This document shows positions 52,093-60,345 of a stretch of DNA of 64,000 nucleotides, in pieces. This DNA is from Bythopirellula sp. (GTDB lineage: Bacteria > Planctomycetota > Planctomycetia > Pirellulales > Lacipirellulaceae), in the NCBI GenBank assembly GCA_028285205.1, contig JANQQA010000294.1, forward strand, positions 2,021-66,020, read 5' to 3'. The first letter of the stretch is position 1; the number at the start of each line of letters is the position of its first letter. Below the pieces are notes generated by a model, which was not told the origin of the DNA, did no database searches, and saw only the letters and a list, made by a program, of their open reading frames with translations. The translations under genes were made by a program, and so were the position numbers.

Positions 52093-52458
52093 ATGACAAC
52101 CACACAACTACTCGACGCAATCCGTGAGCATTCCGGAATGGACGACGACCAGATTCGAGAAGCTGGCGAACACGGCGCTGATGCCGGTTGGCCCGGATTC
52201 ACCTACCACATCGAGACCTGCAAGTTCTTTGCAAAACATCAATCCATGATTGCCGAAATGGTGAAAGATATGGCAGAAGAATTTGGGCAAGACCCGATTG
52301 CGTTCGTCGCCAGTTTCAACTGCATCGAGGACGACCGCGAGACTCGCGACGAAATCGGGCGATGCCTGTACGGCTCACCAACCGATGACGATACGACCGT
52401 TCCGAACGCGCTCGCATGGTTTGCACTAGAAGAGGCCGGCCGTTCGCTCGACCGCTAA
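52093..52458 (+). CDS. Conserved acidic phage protein
   Basis: 121 aa with the GADAGWPGFTYHIETCKFF motif, which recurs in phage early regions. Followed by a 12-bp perfect hairpin at 52469-52497. Confidence 0.75.
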   Translation: MTTTQLLDAIREHSGMDDDQIREAGEHGADAGWPGFTYHIETCKFFAKHQSMIAEMVKDMAEEFGQDPIAFVASFNCIEDDRETRDEIGRCLYGSPTDDDTTVPNALAWFALEEAGRSLDR

Positions 52459-52560
52459 CGATTCGCAACCAATGCGCCCGAATGTCGGGCGCATTGGAAA
52501 ACCAAACTCAAACCGCTGTACACTGGACACAAACAAAAACCGCCAACGGAGGAAAGAACG

Positions 52561-52962
52561 ATGGCAGTAATCAAAGTCATGCACAATAACCTCGGAATGG
52601 GCAGCGCGTCGCCTTTGTGCCAAGCAAAATCAGGGCGGGAAATCTGGCACGAGACGAACGATGGGCATTGGTTCGCCGTCTCACCCGAAGACATGCAGGC
52701 AGTCCGGTACGGCGAGTACATCGACCTAAAACGCCCAACGGATGCGGAAATGCTGGAAACAGCGTGGGCAATGTTCGAGTGCTGGAATCACAACGTCAGA
52801 AAAGCGGATGGTATTTACGATCCGCATAAAGATGGCGGCCCTGGAATGGATTCTGCGGCAGTCGCCGAATGCCGAAAGCGCGGCATCGACGTATCCGAAA
52901 TCGACGCAGCGATGGCGAAAGTACGCGGACCGTTTGCGTTGGCGTCTGCGTGGAGCGAGTGA
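52561..52962 (+). CDS. Hypothetical protein
   Basis: 133-aa ORF. Confidence 0.75.
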   Translation: MAVIKVMHNNLGMGSASPLCQAKSGREIWHETNDGHWFAVSPEDMQAVRYGEYIDLKRPTDAEMLETAWAMFECWNHNVRKADGIYDPHKDGGPGMDSAAVAECRKRGIDVSEIDAAMAKVRGPFALASAWSE

Positions 52963-53138
52963 TGGCAAGCGGCGCGAAAAACAGCCAGGCGAAACTAACC
53001 GAAGCAGACGTTCGCGCTATCCGGCTGCTGCACGAACATAAAATCTACACCGTTGCCGAGATCATGCACCGCTGGCAGATCAGCAAGGAATCGGCGTACA
53101 ACATCATCGGACGCCGTAGTTGGAAACACGTAAAATGA
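52962..53138 (+). CDS. Small HTH DNA-binding protein
   Basis: MASGAKNSQAKLTEADVRAIRLLHEHKIYTVAEIMHRWQISKESAYNIIGRRSWKHV. The start overlaps the upstream stop. Confidence 0.65.
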   Translation: MASGAKNSQAKLTEADVRAIRLLHEHKIYTVAEIMHRWQISKESAYNIIGRRSWKHVK

Positions 53139-53341
53139 AACCAAGCACAACACCCAAGAACGCCGATGCCTCAATTCGCCTGCTCGATAATGGGTGGCGA
53201 GTCCTGCTCTACAAGAACCAACTTGGCACATACACTGCCGTCGCCAAACGCGGCGACCGGCGTTTTGTCGTTGACGATGCGACACCCAGTCAGTCGATGT
53301 ATCGCCTCGCCGAAAAGGCAATCGGCAACATTGTGAAATAA
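53135..53341 (+). CDS. Hypothetical protein
   Basis: ATG 53135 with an ATGA overlap. Confidence 0.65.
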   Translation: MKPSTTPKNADASIRLLDNGWRVLLYKNQLGTYTAVAKRGDRRFVVDDATPSQSMYRLAEKAIGNIVK

Positions 53342-53440
53342 TCTTTCCTCCGTCCCGTCGTCGCTTTGCTCGGATGCACTATAAATCTCGTGCGCGGGCG
53401 GCGGCGGGCGGTTTCTTGAACTAATGAGGGGAATTGACCG

Positions 53441-53761
53441 ATGACACACTCACCAGGACCGATGGAGGCGAAGGCCAATCAGCACGAGCTATGGAACCTC
53501 GTCAAGGATAACGAGCCACTGATCGAAAGCTACCTGATACCAGATCCCGAAACCGAAGGAACAGCCCGCCTACTCGCGGCATCGTACACGTCCTACGACA
53601 AGCACTGCGGACCACATGCGGTTGAATGCGCTGAACGTGACTTGCTGGGCGAGGCACTGGACGTGGCGCGGCGACTACTCCGCATTGGTGAGGATGGCGA
53701 GATCCCCATAACGCTGATTGAGGATGCCCGCGCCGTACTCGCCAAATTGGAAGGAAAGTGA
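53441..53761 (+). CDS. Hypothetical protein
   Basis: 106-aa ORF. Confidence 0.7.
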   Translation: MTHSPGPMEAKANQHELWNLVKDNEPLIESYLIPDPETEGTARLLAASYTSYDKHCGPHAVECAERDLLGEALDVARRLLRIGEDGEIPITLIEDARAVLAKLEGK

Positions 53762-53937
53762 TGCACACAATGGATATATTCGACTTCCAAACACAACACC
53801 CAGAATTCAATCGAATCACCGAGCAGGACCAGGACCACCTCACATGCTACTGCGGCGCAGTCGGCAAAGTCGTGCAGCGTGGCGAATGGGAAGAACTGGA
53901 GATCATTGCGGAAGGTGACGGACAGCATGGCGAATAA
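53761..53937 (+). CDS. Hypothetical 58-aa protein
   Basis: The ATG overlaps the upstream TGA. MHTMDIFDFQTQHPEFNRITEQDQDHLTCYCGAVGKVV..*. Confidence 0.5.
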   Translation: MHTMDIFDFQTQHPEFNRITEQDQDHLTCYCGAVGKVVQRGEWEELEIIAEGDGQHGE

Positions 53938-53956
53938 TCATTCGGTACACGCGGAA

Positions 53957-53980
53957 CCCGCCCAACCAGGCGGGCTTTTT
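53957..53980 (+). terminator. Rho-independent terminator
   Basis: CCCGCC, a 6-nt loop, GGCGGG, then CTTTTT. Preceded by a GTACACGCGGAAC motif copy at 53945-53957. Confidence 0.75.
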
Positions 53981-53995
53981 CATGCGCACGTCGAA

Positions 53996-54394
53996 CTAAG
54001 CAGCTTTCGAGAGTTGCGACGCATCGAACGTCATCCCCCTGGCCTTCTCCCGAACGTCGTAATAGCGCTCTTTGGGCGGCTTGTTACCGACTGCCGACAG
54101 CAACAGCAATTCCATGCTGACATTGTCGTGCTCAACTTCAATAATCGACCGCACGTTGGAAACCAGTTGCCGAATCCCCTTGATTTTGCAACCCACCATC
54201 TCGCCGGTTGCGTCCGAAACATAGATTGTCAGGATTTCGTCGATCCGCTGTGCGTGCGCAATCTCATCGGAGAAAAAGACGGTCAGGAAATCTCCGTCTC
54301 GGAAGTATTGCGGCGTGCCATCGAACTCGCCGACGTCGTGTGTTTGCAGGTACTCTCTCAGGGTCATTTCGCTCTCTGTCACATTGCTTGCCAT
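53996..54394 (-). CDS. Hypothetical protein (moron gene 2)
   Basis: 132-aa ORF convergent with the early operon. Confidence 0.7.
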   Translation of the reverse strand: MASNVTESEMTLREYLQTHDVGEFDGTPQYFRDGDFLTVFFSDEIAHAQRIDEILTIYVSDATGEMVGCKIKGIRQLVSNVRSIIEVEHDNVSMELLLLSAVGNKPPKERYYDVREKARGMTFDASQLSKAA

Positions 54395-54421
54395 AACAGT
54401 TCCTCGAATGTGAAGGCCACG

Positions 54422-54859
54422 CTAGTTGCCTGCCGATTTAATCAGGACTGATGCGGCCAGCGCCGCAATCGCAATTAGAATGCTGACCCATGAACGAATT
54501 GCATTCCAACGCTCACGGTCGCGTGACTCCTGCCTTGCGGCATCGTTTTCTGCCCGAACTCTTTCGATGATCGTCATTTCTTCGTGTTCCCGTGGTGTCT
54601 TGGCCGGATACCACTCAACAAACTCACCACAATCGATTGAGACATTGATGGACTCGACCGCTGCCACCGATGACTTCATGGACGAATCGCCAGAAAAGTT
54701 GCTTGCGTTGGCACGGCACAGAAAACCAGCAACAAACTTCTTCCCTTGGCTTGCGTAAACACCATCATTCCGCGCGCGTTCGTCTGCTGAACGCGGTTCA
54801 CTCGTAAGCATGTCTCGCACGCTGAGTAGTCCACAATCGCGGCACTTCCTCATCTCCAT
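54422..54859 (-). CDS. Tail-anchored membrane protein with N-terminal CxxC (moron gene 1)
   Basis: ATG 54859 with GGGAGA upstream. MEMRKCRDCG.. and C-terminal WVSILIAIAALAASVLI. Confidence 0.7.
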   Translation of the reverse strand: MEMRKCRDCGLLSVRDMLTSEPRSADERARNDGVYASQGKKFVAGFLCRANASNFSGDSSMKSSVAAVESINVSIDCGEFVEWYPAKTPREHEEMTIIERVRAENDAARQESRDRERWNAIRSWVSILIAIAALAASVLIKSAGN

Positions 54860-54938
54860 TTCTGTCTCCCGACCTTGACGAAAAATGGCCGGGAGAATTA
54901 CCATGCGTGTACCACCAGCGCACGGATTCTCTCGGCCA

Positions 54939-54960
54939 GAGATCATTGAGAGATCATTGA
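54939..54960. repeat. Perfect tandem 11-mer GAGATCATTGA x2
   Basis: Copies at 54939-54949 and 54950-54960, upstream of the moron and next to a terminator. Confidence 0.9.
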
Positions 54961-54989
54961 AAGCCCGGCAGCTACCAACTGCCGGGCTT
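54961..54989 (-). terminator. 11-bp perfect hairpin, probable terminator
   Basis: AAGCCCGGCAG, a 7-nt loop, CTGCCGGGCTT. On the minus strand it is followed by TCAATG (weak U-tail). Confidence 0.55.
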
Positions 54990-54997
54990 CAATCGTA

Positions 54998-55270
54998 TTA
55001 GGCGGTTGAGTGGGCCGTCAATCCCGCCTCACCACCAACCGCTTCGGTTGCGACTTCAAGAAAATCACCAACCCAACCCTTGCAACCGCAACTATACGCA
55101 GTTACACTACCCGCACAAATGGAGTTGTGACCCGCCAAGACGGCGAAACCCAATAGGTCACACGATGCAGCCTTCACCTTCCAAACCGCTCGCCCACTCC
55201 GCGCATAAAATGTGGCGACACCAGGCCAACCTCCGCGAACACCGCTCTCTATGGTTCGCGTTGAGAACAT
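54998..55270 (-). CDS. Doubtful 90-aa ORF
   Basis: MFSTRTIESGVRGGWPGV.. ends right before the hairpin. No convincing RBS, and it could instead be part of a noncoding region. Confidence 0.25.
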   Translation of the reverse strand: MFSTRTIESGVRGGWPGVATFYARSGRAVWKVKAASCDLLGFAVLAGHNSICAGSVTAYSCGCKGWVGDFLEVATEAVGGEAGLTAHSTA

Positions 55271-55897
55271 CGCTCTAGGGCAATGCTCCTCCGTGTGACG
55301 ATTCTGTGAAGAATCTTCTTTGATCTCGTACTGTACTAGCGTACGATGGTTGGTCCACTTCTCTGCGGGCTGCCGCATCGACGCGGTGATTCACATGGTT
55401 GGCAAGAAGCAAATCATAGGCGTTGAAAAACGCGCTGGGGCGGGGTATCATCCGCTCTTAACAAAAGGCGAGACCGCCGGAGGGACTAAGCTCCGACGGC
55501 CTCTGTCACCAAGCATCCTTACTCAAGATAAGGACGCAAGATGCATAGAATTTCAATCGGCGACTCGTGCGCCGTTTCTCTTGGCCACTCTCTCTTGGCT
55601 TCCCAGTCGGACGAACCCGCGCTACCGGTCTGTTCGCTCCGACCGATCCGGCCACCTTAATTCAGCGCAAGAAGAAAGCCGCGTCAATCTTGGCGGAGCG
55701 AAGCGGCTTGATTCTTGTCTCATTGACTCGACGTTTCACAAAACCCAAAAGACAGGGCAGGCTCAACGTGCGTATGCAGGGTACGGGACTAAAAGTCCCG
55801 TGTCAATACAAAAAGCCGCGCCCTCCGAAGAATTTTGGCACCAACCATCATTCGGCCCGATTGCAGTCGGGCCACAGTCACGGAAGGACGCGACGCA

Positions 55898-56308
55898 ATG
55901 GATACTAGTAACAACAACCCGAAAAGCAAACTCAACTCGCTGGTTTCGGCCCTGCTTGTGGGATTTGAAGAACACTTTGACGAGACGGCAGCAACAGAGT
56001 TAGGTCGCGGTTTGGCAACAGCGATTCGCCACTTGCCAGCAGTTATTCAGCAGTACGTTGGCGAGCCAGAAGCGAAAAAACCTAACGTCAATATAGAGGC
56101 ATTGGCAATCTCGTACGCGCTCGAATCAAAGGGCAAACTCAGCATCCCCCAGATCGCCGACCTTATTGACGTCAGCCACACAACACTCTATCGGAAGAAG
56201 GATTTTCGGGTGATTCACGAAATGGTCGTGGCCGAACGAAAACAACAGGCGGTCGAAATTCAATCCGGAATCATCAACAGTGACGGCACTGTGGACGGGG
56301 TGGTTTAG
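55898..56308 (+). CDS. HTH DNA-binding protein
   Basis: ATG 55898 within ORF 55835..56308. LSIPQIADLIDVSHTTLYRKK is an HTH. Confidence 0.7.
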   Translation: MDTSNNNPKSKLNSLVSALLVGFEEHFDETAATELGRGLATAIRHLPAVIQQYVGEPEAKKPNVNIEALAISYALESKGKLSIPQIADLIDVSHTTLYRKKDFRVIHEMVVAERKQQAVEIQSGIINSDGTVDGVV

Positions 56309-56309
56309 C

Positions 56310-56599
<290 letters not shown>

Positions 56600-56617
56600 T
56601 GCTTGAGGGGGCAGGTG

Positions 56618-57784
56618 ATGGCGGATTCTAACAAACCAAAGAAGCCATATCCAGAGTTCCCCTTGTTCCCCCACGCGACCAAGCGGTGGGCCAAGAAGAT
56701 ACGGGGCAAGCTGCACTATTTCGGTCCATGGCGTGATCCTGATGGTGCCTTGGAAAAATACCTGCAACAGAAGGATGCACTCCACGCTGGCCGCACGCCG
56801 CGATCCGTCGATGGTCTGTCACTGTTGGACCTTTGCAATAATTTCCTCACAGCCAAGATGTCGCTGCTGGACTCTGGCGAACTCTCGGCGCAAATGTTTG
56901 CCCGCTACTTCCGCGCTTGCGAAAGAGTGCAGGCCCGATTTGGTAAGAACAGGTTTGTGGACGATATCACCATCGTTGAGTTTAATGAGCTTCGCTCCAT
57001 CTTGACAAAGGACAAGAGTCCCGTCACTGTGCGCAATGATGTGCGGGACATTCGGTCGATTTTTAAGTATGCCCACGATGCCGGGCTTATTGATGAGCCG
57101 GTGAGGATGGGGCCGAATTTCAAGCAGCCATCCAAGTCTGTACTTCGCAAGGAGCGGACACGCCATGGGCCTCGCATGTTTGAACCCTCGGAACTGCTCG
57201 CCATCCTCGAAGCGGCCAATCCTGCGATGAAAGCCATGGTTTTACTGGGTGTCAATTGTGGGTATGGAAACACGGACGTTGCGAGCCTGCCGCAATCAGC
57301 GATCGTAGACGGCTGGGTGGACTTCCCCCGCCCCAAGACGGGAGTTGGTCGGCGATGTCCATTGTGGGACGAAACATCCAAAGCCATCAGCGAAGCAATA
57401 GCGATCCGCCCCAAGCCAAAGAATAAGGCCGACGAGAACTTGTGTTTTGTGACCATTCAAGGGAACCGCTGGACGCGAGTGTCGCCAGGCAAAAAAGACC
57501 CAACGAAATTCAGTAAGGTCGATTCGGTGGGGCAGCGGTTTGGGAAACTGCTGAAATCTCTCGACATCAATGGAAGGCATCGGCTCGGATTCTACTCGCT
57601 ACGCCGCTGCTTCGAGACGATTGCGGGAGAATCGACCGACCAAGTCGCCGTCGATGCCATCATGGGCCACGCAGACCAATCCATGGCAGCCGTGTATCGC
57701 GAAAAGATCAGCGACCAGCGATTTCAGAACGTCGTCAACGTCGTTCATCGCTGGCTTTTTCAATCTGTGCACGCACAGATTTGA
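56618..57784 (+). CDS. int: Tyrosine integrase
   Basis: C-terminal HRLGFYSLRRCFET..IMGHADQSMAAVY (H-x-x-R .. H .. Y). ATG 56618 within ORF 56603..57784. Confidence 0.9.
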   Translation: MADSNKPKKPYPEFPLFPHATKRWAKKIRGKLHYFGPWRDPDGALEKYLQQKDALHAGRTPRSVDGLSLLDLCNNFLTAKMSLLDSGELSAQMFARYFRACERVQARFGKNRFVDDITIVEFNELRSILTKDKSPVTVRNDVRDIRSIFKYAHDAGLIDEPVRMGPNFKQPSKSVLRKERTRHGPRMFEPSELLAILEAANPAMKAMVLLGVNCGYGNTDVASLPQSAIVDGWVDFPRPKTGVGRRCPLWDETSKAISEAIAIRPKPKNKADENLCFVTIQGNRWTRVSPGKKDPTKFSKVDSVGQRFGKLLKSLDINGRHRLGFYSLRRCFETIAGESTDQVAVDAIMGHADQSMAAVYREKISDQRFQNVVNVVHRWLFQSVHAQI

Positions 57785-57858
57785 GAAATTCTTAAATTTT
57801 TATCTCTTCTACCCCACTTGATTTGCGTCGATGTGCATGGCGTGTGCACGCACAGATT
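57766..57858 (+). repeat. 16-bp perfect direct repeat TGTGCACGCACAGATT flanking an AT-rich 61-bp spacer
   Basis: Copies at 57766-57781 (the integrase 3' end) and 57843-57858. The spacer contains AAATTCTTAAATTTTTATCTCTTC. Confidence 0.9.
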
Positions 57859-57894
57859 CCCGATTTCGCAGGGATAGGTAGAGGAGACAAAAAC

Positions 57895-58068
57895 ATGAAA
57901 GACAGCGACCTACCAATTCTCAACATTGAAACCTATGCCCCTTATTGGTTCGTTCAACTCTACCAAGCAAACACAAGAGGCGAGCACGAGGTTGTGTCAG
58001 AGTCCCAGAAGAGGTTACGTGACTTGGGATACGACATTGTTTTGCGTGAACCGAAGGTGGCGATATGA
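57895..58068 (+). CDS. Hypothetical protein
   Basis: ATG 57895 with GAGGAG upstream (MKDSDLPILNIETYAPYWF..). Confidence 0.6.
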   Translation: MKDSDLPILNIETYAPYWFVQLYQANTRGEHEVVSESQKRLRDLGYDIVLREPKVAI

Positions 58069-58313
58069 GTCTGCTGTCGCCCCAAAAGGCCGCCGAGCGA
58101 TTGGGCGTCAAGGCGTCCACTGTGATTGCATGGATCAGGACTGGTCAACTTGACGGAATGGACATGAGCAGGCAGCCCGGCGTTGGTAAGCCCCGGTTTA
58201 AGGTGTCGGAGGCAGCATTGATTGCGTTTCAGGAAAAGCGAAGAGTAGTTCCGCCCGCAAAAACCATTCGACGTAGACGGCAAATCAAGGGTGTGATTCA
58301 GTTTTTCAAGTAA
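58065..58313 (+). CDS. xis: Excisionase-type HTH protein
   Basis: MSLLSPQKAAERLGVKASTVIAWIRTGQL matches the MerR/excisionase HTH. Adjacent to the integrase. Confidence 0.75.
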   Translation: MSLLSPQKAAERLGVKASTVIAWIRTGQLDGMDMSRQPGVGKPRFKVSEAALIAFQEKRRVVPPAKTIRRRRQIKGVIQFFK

Positions 58314-58324
58314 CCACGTCAGCC

Positions 58325-58582
58325 ATGACAGCTACACCAAGTACGTCAAGTCAACGGAGTGAGAGAACAATGGGATCTGGCAGAATAGCAGTTGACGCCG
58401 CTATCGGTGGCCCATGGGAAATCTTGGGTGAGTTCATTGAAGCAAGTGGCCATGAAGATTGCAGCGGGCTTCGCCGGTATCTGGGAAGCGCTTTGGCTGA
58501 GAATGATTACGAACGATTCAACCGAATGCTTCCGACGACACGCTCAAAGTTCGATGCGTTGAGAACACGAATAGACACCTAA
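58325..58582 (+). CDS. Hypothetical protein
   Basis: 85-aa ORF. Confidence 0.65.
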   Translation: MTATPSTSSQRSERTMGSGRIAVDAAIGGPWEILGEFIEASGHEDCSGLRRYLGSALAENDYERFNRMLPTTRSKFDALRTRIDT

Positions 58583-58639
58583 CCCGGCAGCGGCACACAC
58601 GGCGATTCGAGTTCGCCAGCCGGGCTTTCTGACAACAAT
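58583..58639 (+). ncRNA. tRNA-like minihelix A plus TTCTGACAACAAT box
   Basis: CCCGGC..GGCGA-TTCGAGT-TCGCC-A-GCCGGG, then CTTTCTGACAACAAT. It starts right after a stop codon. Confidence 0.5.
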
Positions 58640-58738
58640 CAATTCAGCGGTTCTCAATCAACCGTGCAAGCGAAGGGGGTAACAAAATGAACCACGGGGG
58701 CGAACGCTGATTGAGGGCGGGTCGTGCCCGGCACACAT

Positions 58739-58824
58739 GGTCTCCGAAGCACTTTCGGCAGTTGCGCTGCGTAGCTACATCAAACGGACAAGCAGAGGAC
58801 TGGGTTCGATTCCCAGCGGAGACC
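58739..58824 (+). ncRNA. tRNA-like element C (8-bp acceptor + canonical T arm, non-canonical core)
   Basis: GGTCTCCG (58739-58746) pairs with CGGAGACC (58817-58824). T arm CTGGG-TTCGATT-CCCAG abuts the 3' strand. No D or anticodon arm can be drawn in the 53-nt core. Confidence 0.5.
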
Positions 58825-59059
58825 CTTTCAATGAAAATGTGGCGTGTGAGTATCGGCAACTCACTGTAACGCGGGGACGCAAACGCCGTTGGGAGCGGGA
58901 AACGGATGCTACTGAGAAGTTGTAACCCAGTGGAGTGGCAAGACCACCGAAGATTGTTTGAGTCAATCTCTCGTGCAACACCCTAACCAAGTACGACACC
59001 CCGACAAAGGAAAGTTGATAACTAAACCTGCCTTGCGAGTAACAAGGAACTCGATGGTA

Positions 59060-59126
59060 AGCAATCCAGGTGGGCGGCACGTGACGCTGCGGTTCGAGTC
59101 CGCAAATTGCTTCTTCTGACAACAAT
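59060..59126 (+). ncRNA. tRNA-like minihelix B plus TTCTGACAACAAT box
   Basis: AGCAAT..GCGGCAC..TGCGG-TTCGAGT-CCGCA-A-ATTGCT, then TCTTCTGACAACAAT. A diverged copy of element A. Confidence 0.5.
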
Positions 59127-59201
59127 TCTCTGTCACCCCCACTTTGGGCGAAAGAGGTTCGCCCACCGAGACGCTACCGTTGCGCACTGAGGCTTCCGGA
59201 T

Positions 59202-59768
59202 ATGGGCAAACCATCGAACTGCAAATGTCCGGGAAGGGGCTTCAAGGAGAAAGGTGACCGATGGGTTGTCGTCAATCGTCGTGAGGGGCGGTCATCTCAA
59301 CTGAAATGTTTGGAGTGTGGGTGGAAGTGGTACTCGAAATGTCGCTACGTCGCACTACTTGAAGACCACACAGAAAAGTCGAGATCGGGAATGACGGACA
59401 ACGACATACTCAATCGCCTCAAAGACAAATCGCTTGCCGTGGATCAGGCAACCGGGCGTGTCAAATCGTTTTCGGCTCGATACCCCAACGGCAAGATTCT
59501 GCGTGAAATCGAGCGCGAGTCGGAAGGCAGCACTTACCAGTTTGTCGAGGTCACGCATCAGGGGATGCAAAAGAAAATCTCTGTTCACCGGCTCGTTTGG
59601 ATGAGCGCCAACATGCGACTCGTTCCGGACGGGTTCGATGTCAACCACAAGCGAGGAAAGCGAGTGCCAAACCATAACGGCATTCACAATTTGGAACTCA
59701 TGGAAAGCAGTCGAAACAGGGCAATGAACGCGATTGACGATCCAACGCAGGAGTACCTGCCTTTTTAA
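59202..59768 (+). CDS. HNH homing-endonuclease-like protein
   Basis: HRLVWMSANMRLVPDGFDVNHKRGKRVPNHNGIHNLELMESSRNR (HNH_3 pattern). N-terminal zinc ribbon CLECG. Confidence 0.85.
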   Translation: MGKPSNCKCPGRGFKEKGDRWVVVNRREGRSSQLKCLECGWKWYSKCRYVALLEDHTEKSRSGMTDNDILNRLKDKSLAVDQATGRVKSFSARYPNGKILREIERESEGSTYQFVEVTHQGMQKKISVHRLVWMSANMRLVPDGFDVNHKRGKRVPNHNGIHNLELMESSRNRAMNAIDDPTQEYLPF

Positions 59769-59876
59769 CCAGTTGCGAAGGAACCCACACACGGCACGAA
59801 GAACGGAATCAAGACGGACCGACGAACCCTCACGATGGGGGCGTGCTGTGTTCTTTTCACAAGCAAGGAGTAAGCA

Positions 59877-60137
59877 ATGCCTTTTGAATTGAGTGCAATC
59901 CATGATGGAACAATTGCGGCGAGAGACATGAATGATGGCGACGTGGGCGTGATTACTGCGTGGGGTGAAATCCACGGTTACGACGGACAATTGGTGCAGA
60001 TGGCCCATGGCGACCGAATCGTAGTTCTTGGCGAAAGCAGTCACAAAGGGTGGAACGAGGCATCGGAACTTACTGAAACATGCCGCGTTCGCCTTCTCGA
60101 AGACGGCGAACAACTGACCTACCGTAAGCCCGATTGA
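59877..60137 (+). CDS. Hypothetical protein (paralogue of 60346..60591)
   Basis: Shares DGTIAARDMNDGDVGVI.. and ..CRVRLLEDGEQLTY with the downstream paralogue. Confidence 0.7.
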   Translation: MPFELSAIHDGTIAARDMNDGDVGVITAWGEIHGYDGQLVQMAHGDRIVVLGESSHKGWNEASELTETCRVRLLEDGEQLTYRKPD

Positions 60138-60316
60138 AACAGCAAGGAATTACCCCGGCCTGCACGGCAGCAGCAACCGGTCAGCGGACGACCGGGCCGG
60201 GATTATGAAGCACAGCTGCACTCAGCAGGTGTCGTTGCCGCTGGATATCCAGTGACCTTCTCCTTCGGCATCCATGAGAGCGGGGGTATCTGCCAGTGGT
60301 TGAGTGCAGTTGTTTG

Positions 60317-60330
60317 GTTACACGCGGAAC
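60317..60330 (+). repeat. Motif copy GTTACACGCGGAAC
   Basis: Lies 15 nt upstream of ATG 60346, followed by GGAGGAG. Confidence 0.85.
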
Positions 60331-60345
60331 TGGAGGAGATGAGAC

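Noticed and set aside
55320-56003. A 227-aa plus-strand ORF across the hairpin-rich region.
   Set aside because: The translation looks like nonsense. It runs out of frame into the HTH gene, which has its own start at 55898.
58695-59165. A possible phage tmRNA, one-piece or permuted. The idea came from the 5' GGGGGCGAACGCTGATTGAGGGCGGG, which resembles tmRNA 5' ends, and from GTTCGCCC-ACC at 59157-59167, which could pair with it.
   Set aside because: No T arm precedes the putative 3' acceptor strand. There is no G3.U70 pair and no tag-like reading frame ending in Ala-Ala. GGGCGAA/TTCGCCC also forms a simple local hairpin at 59146-59164.
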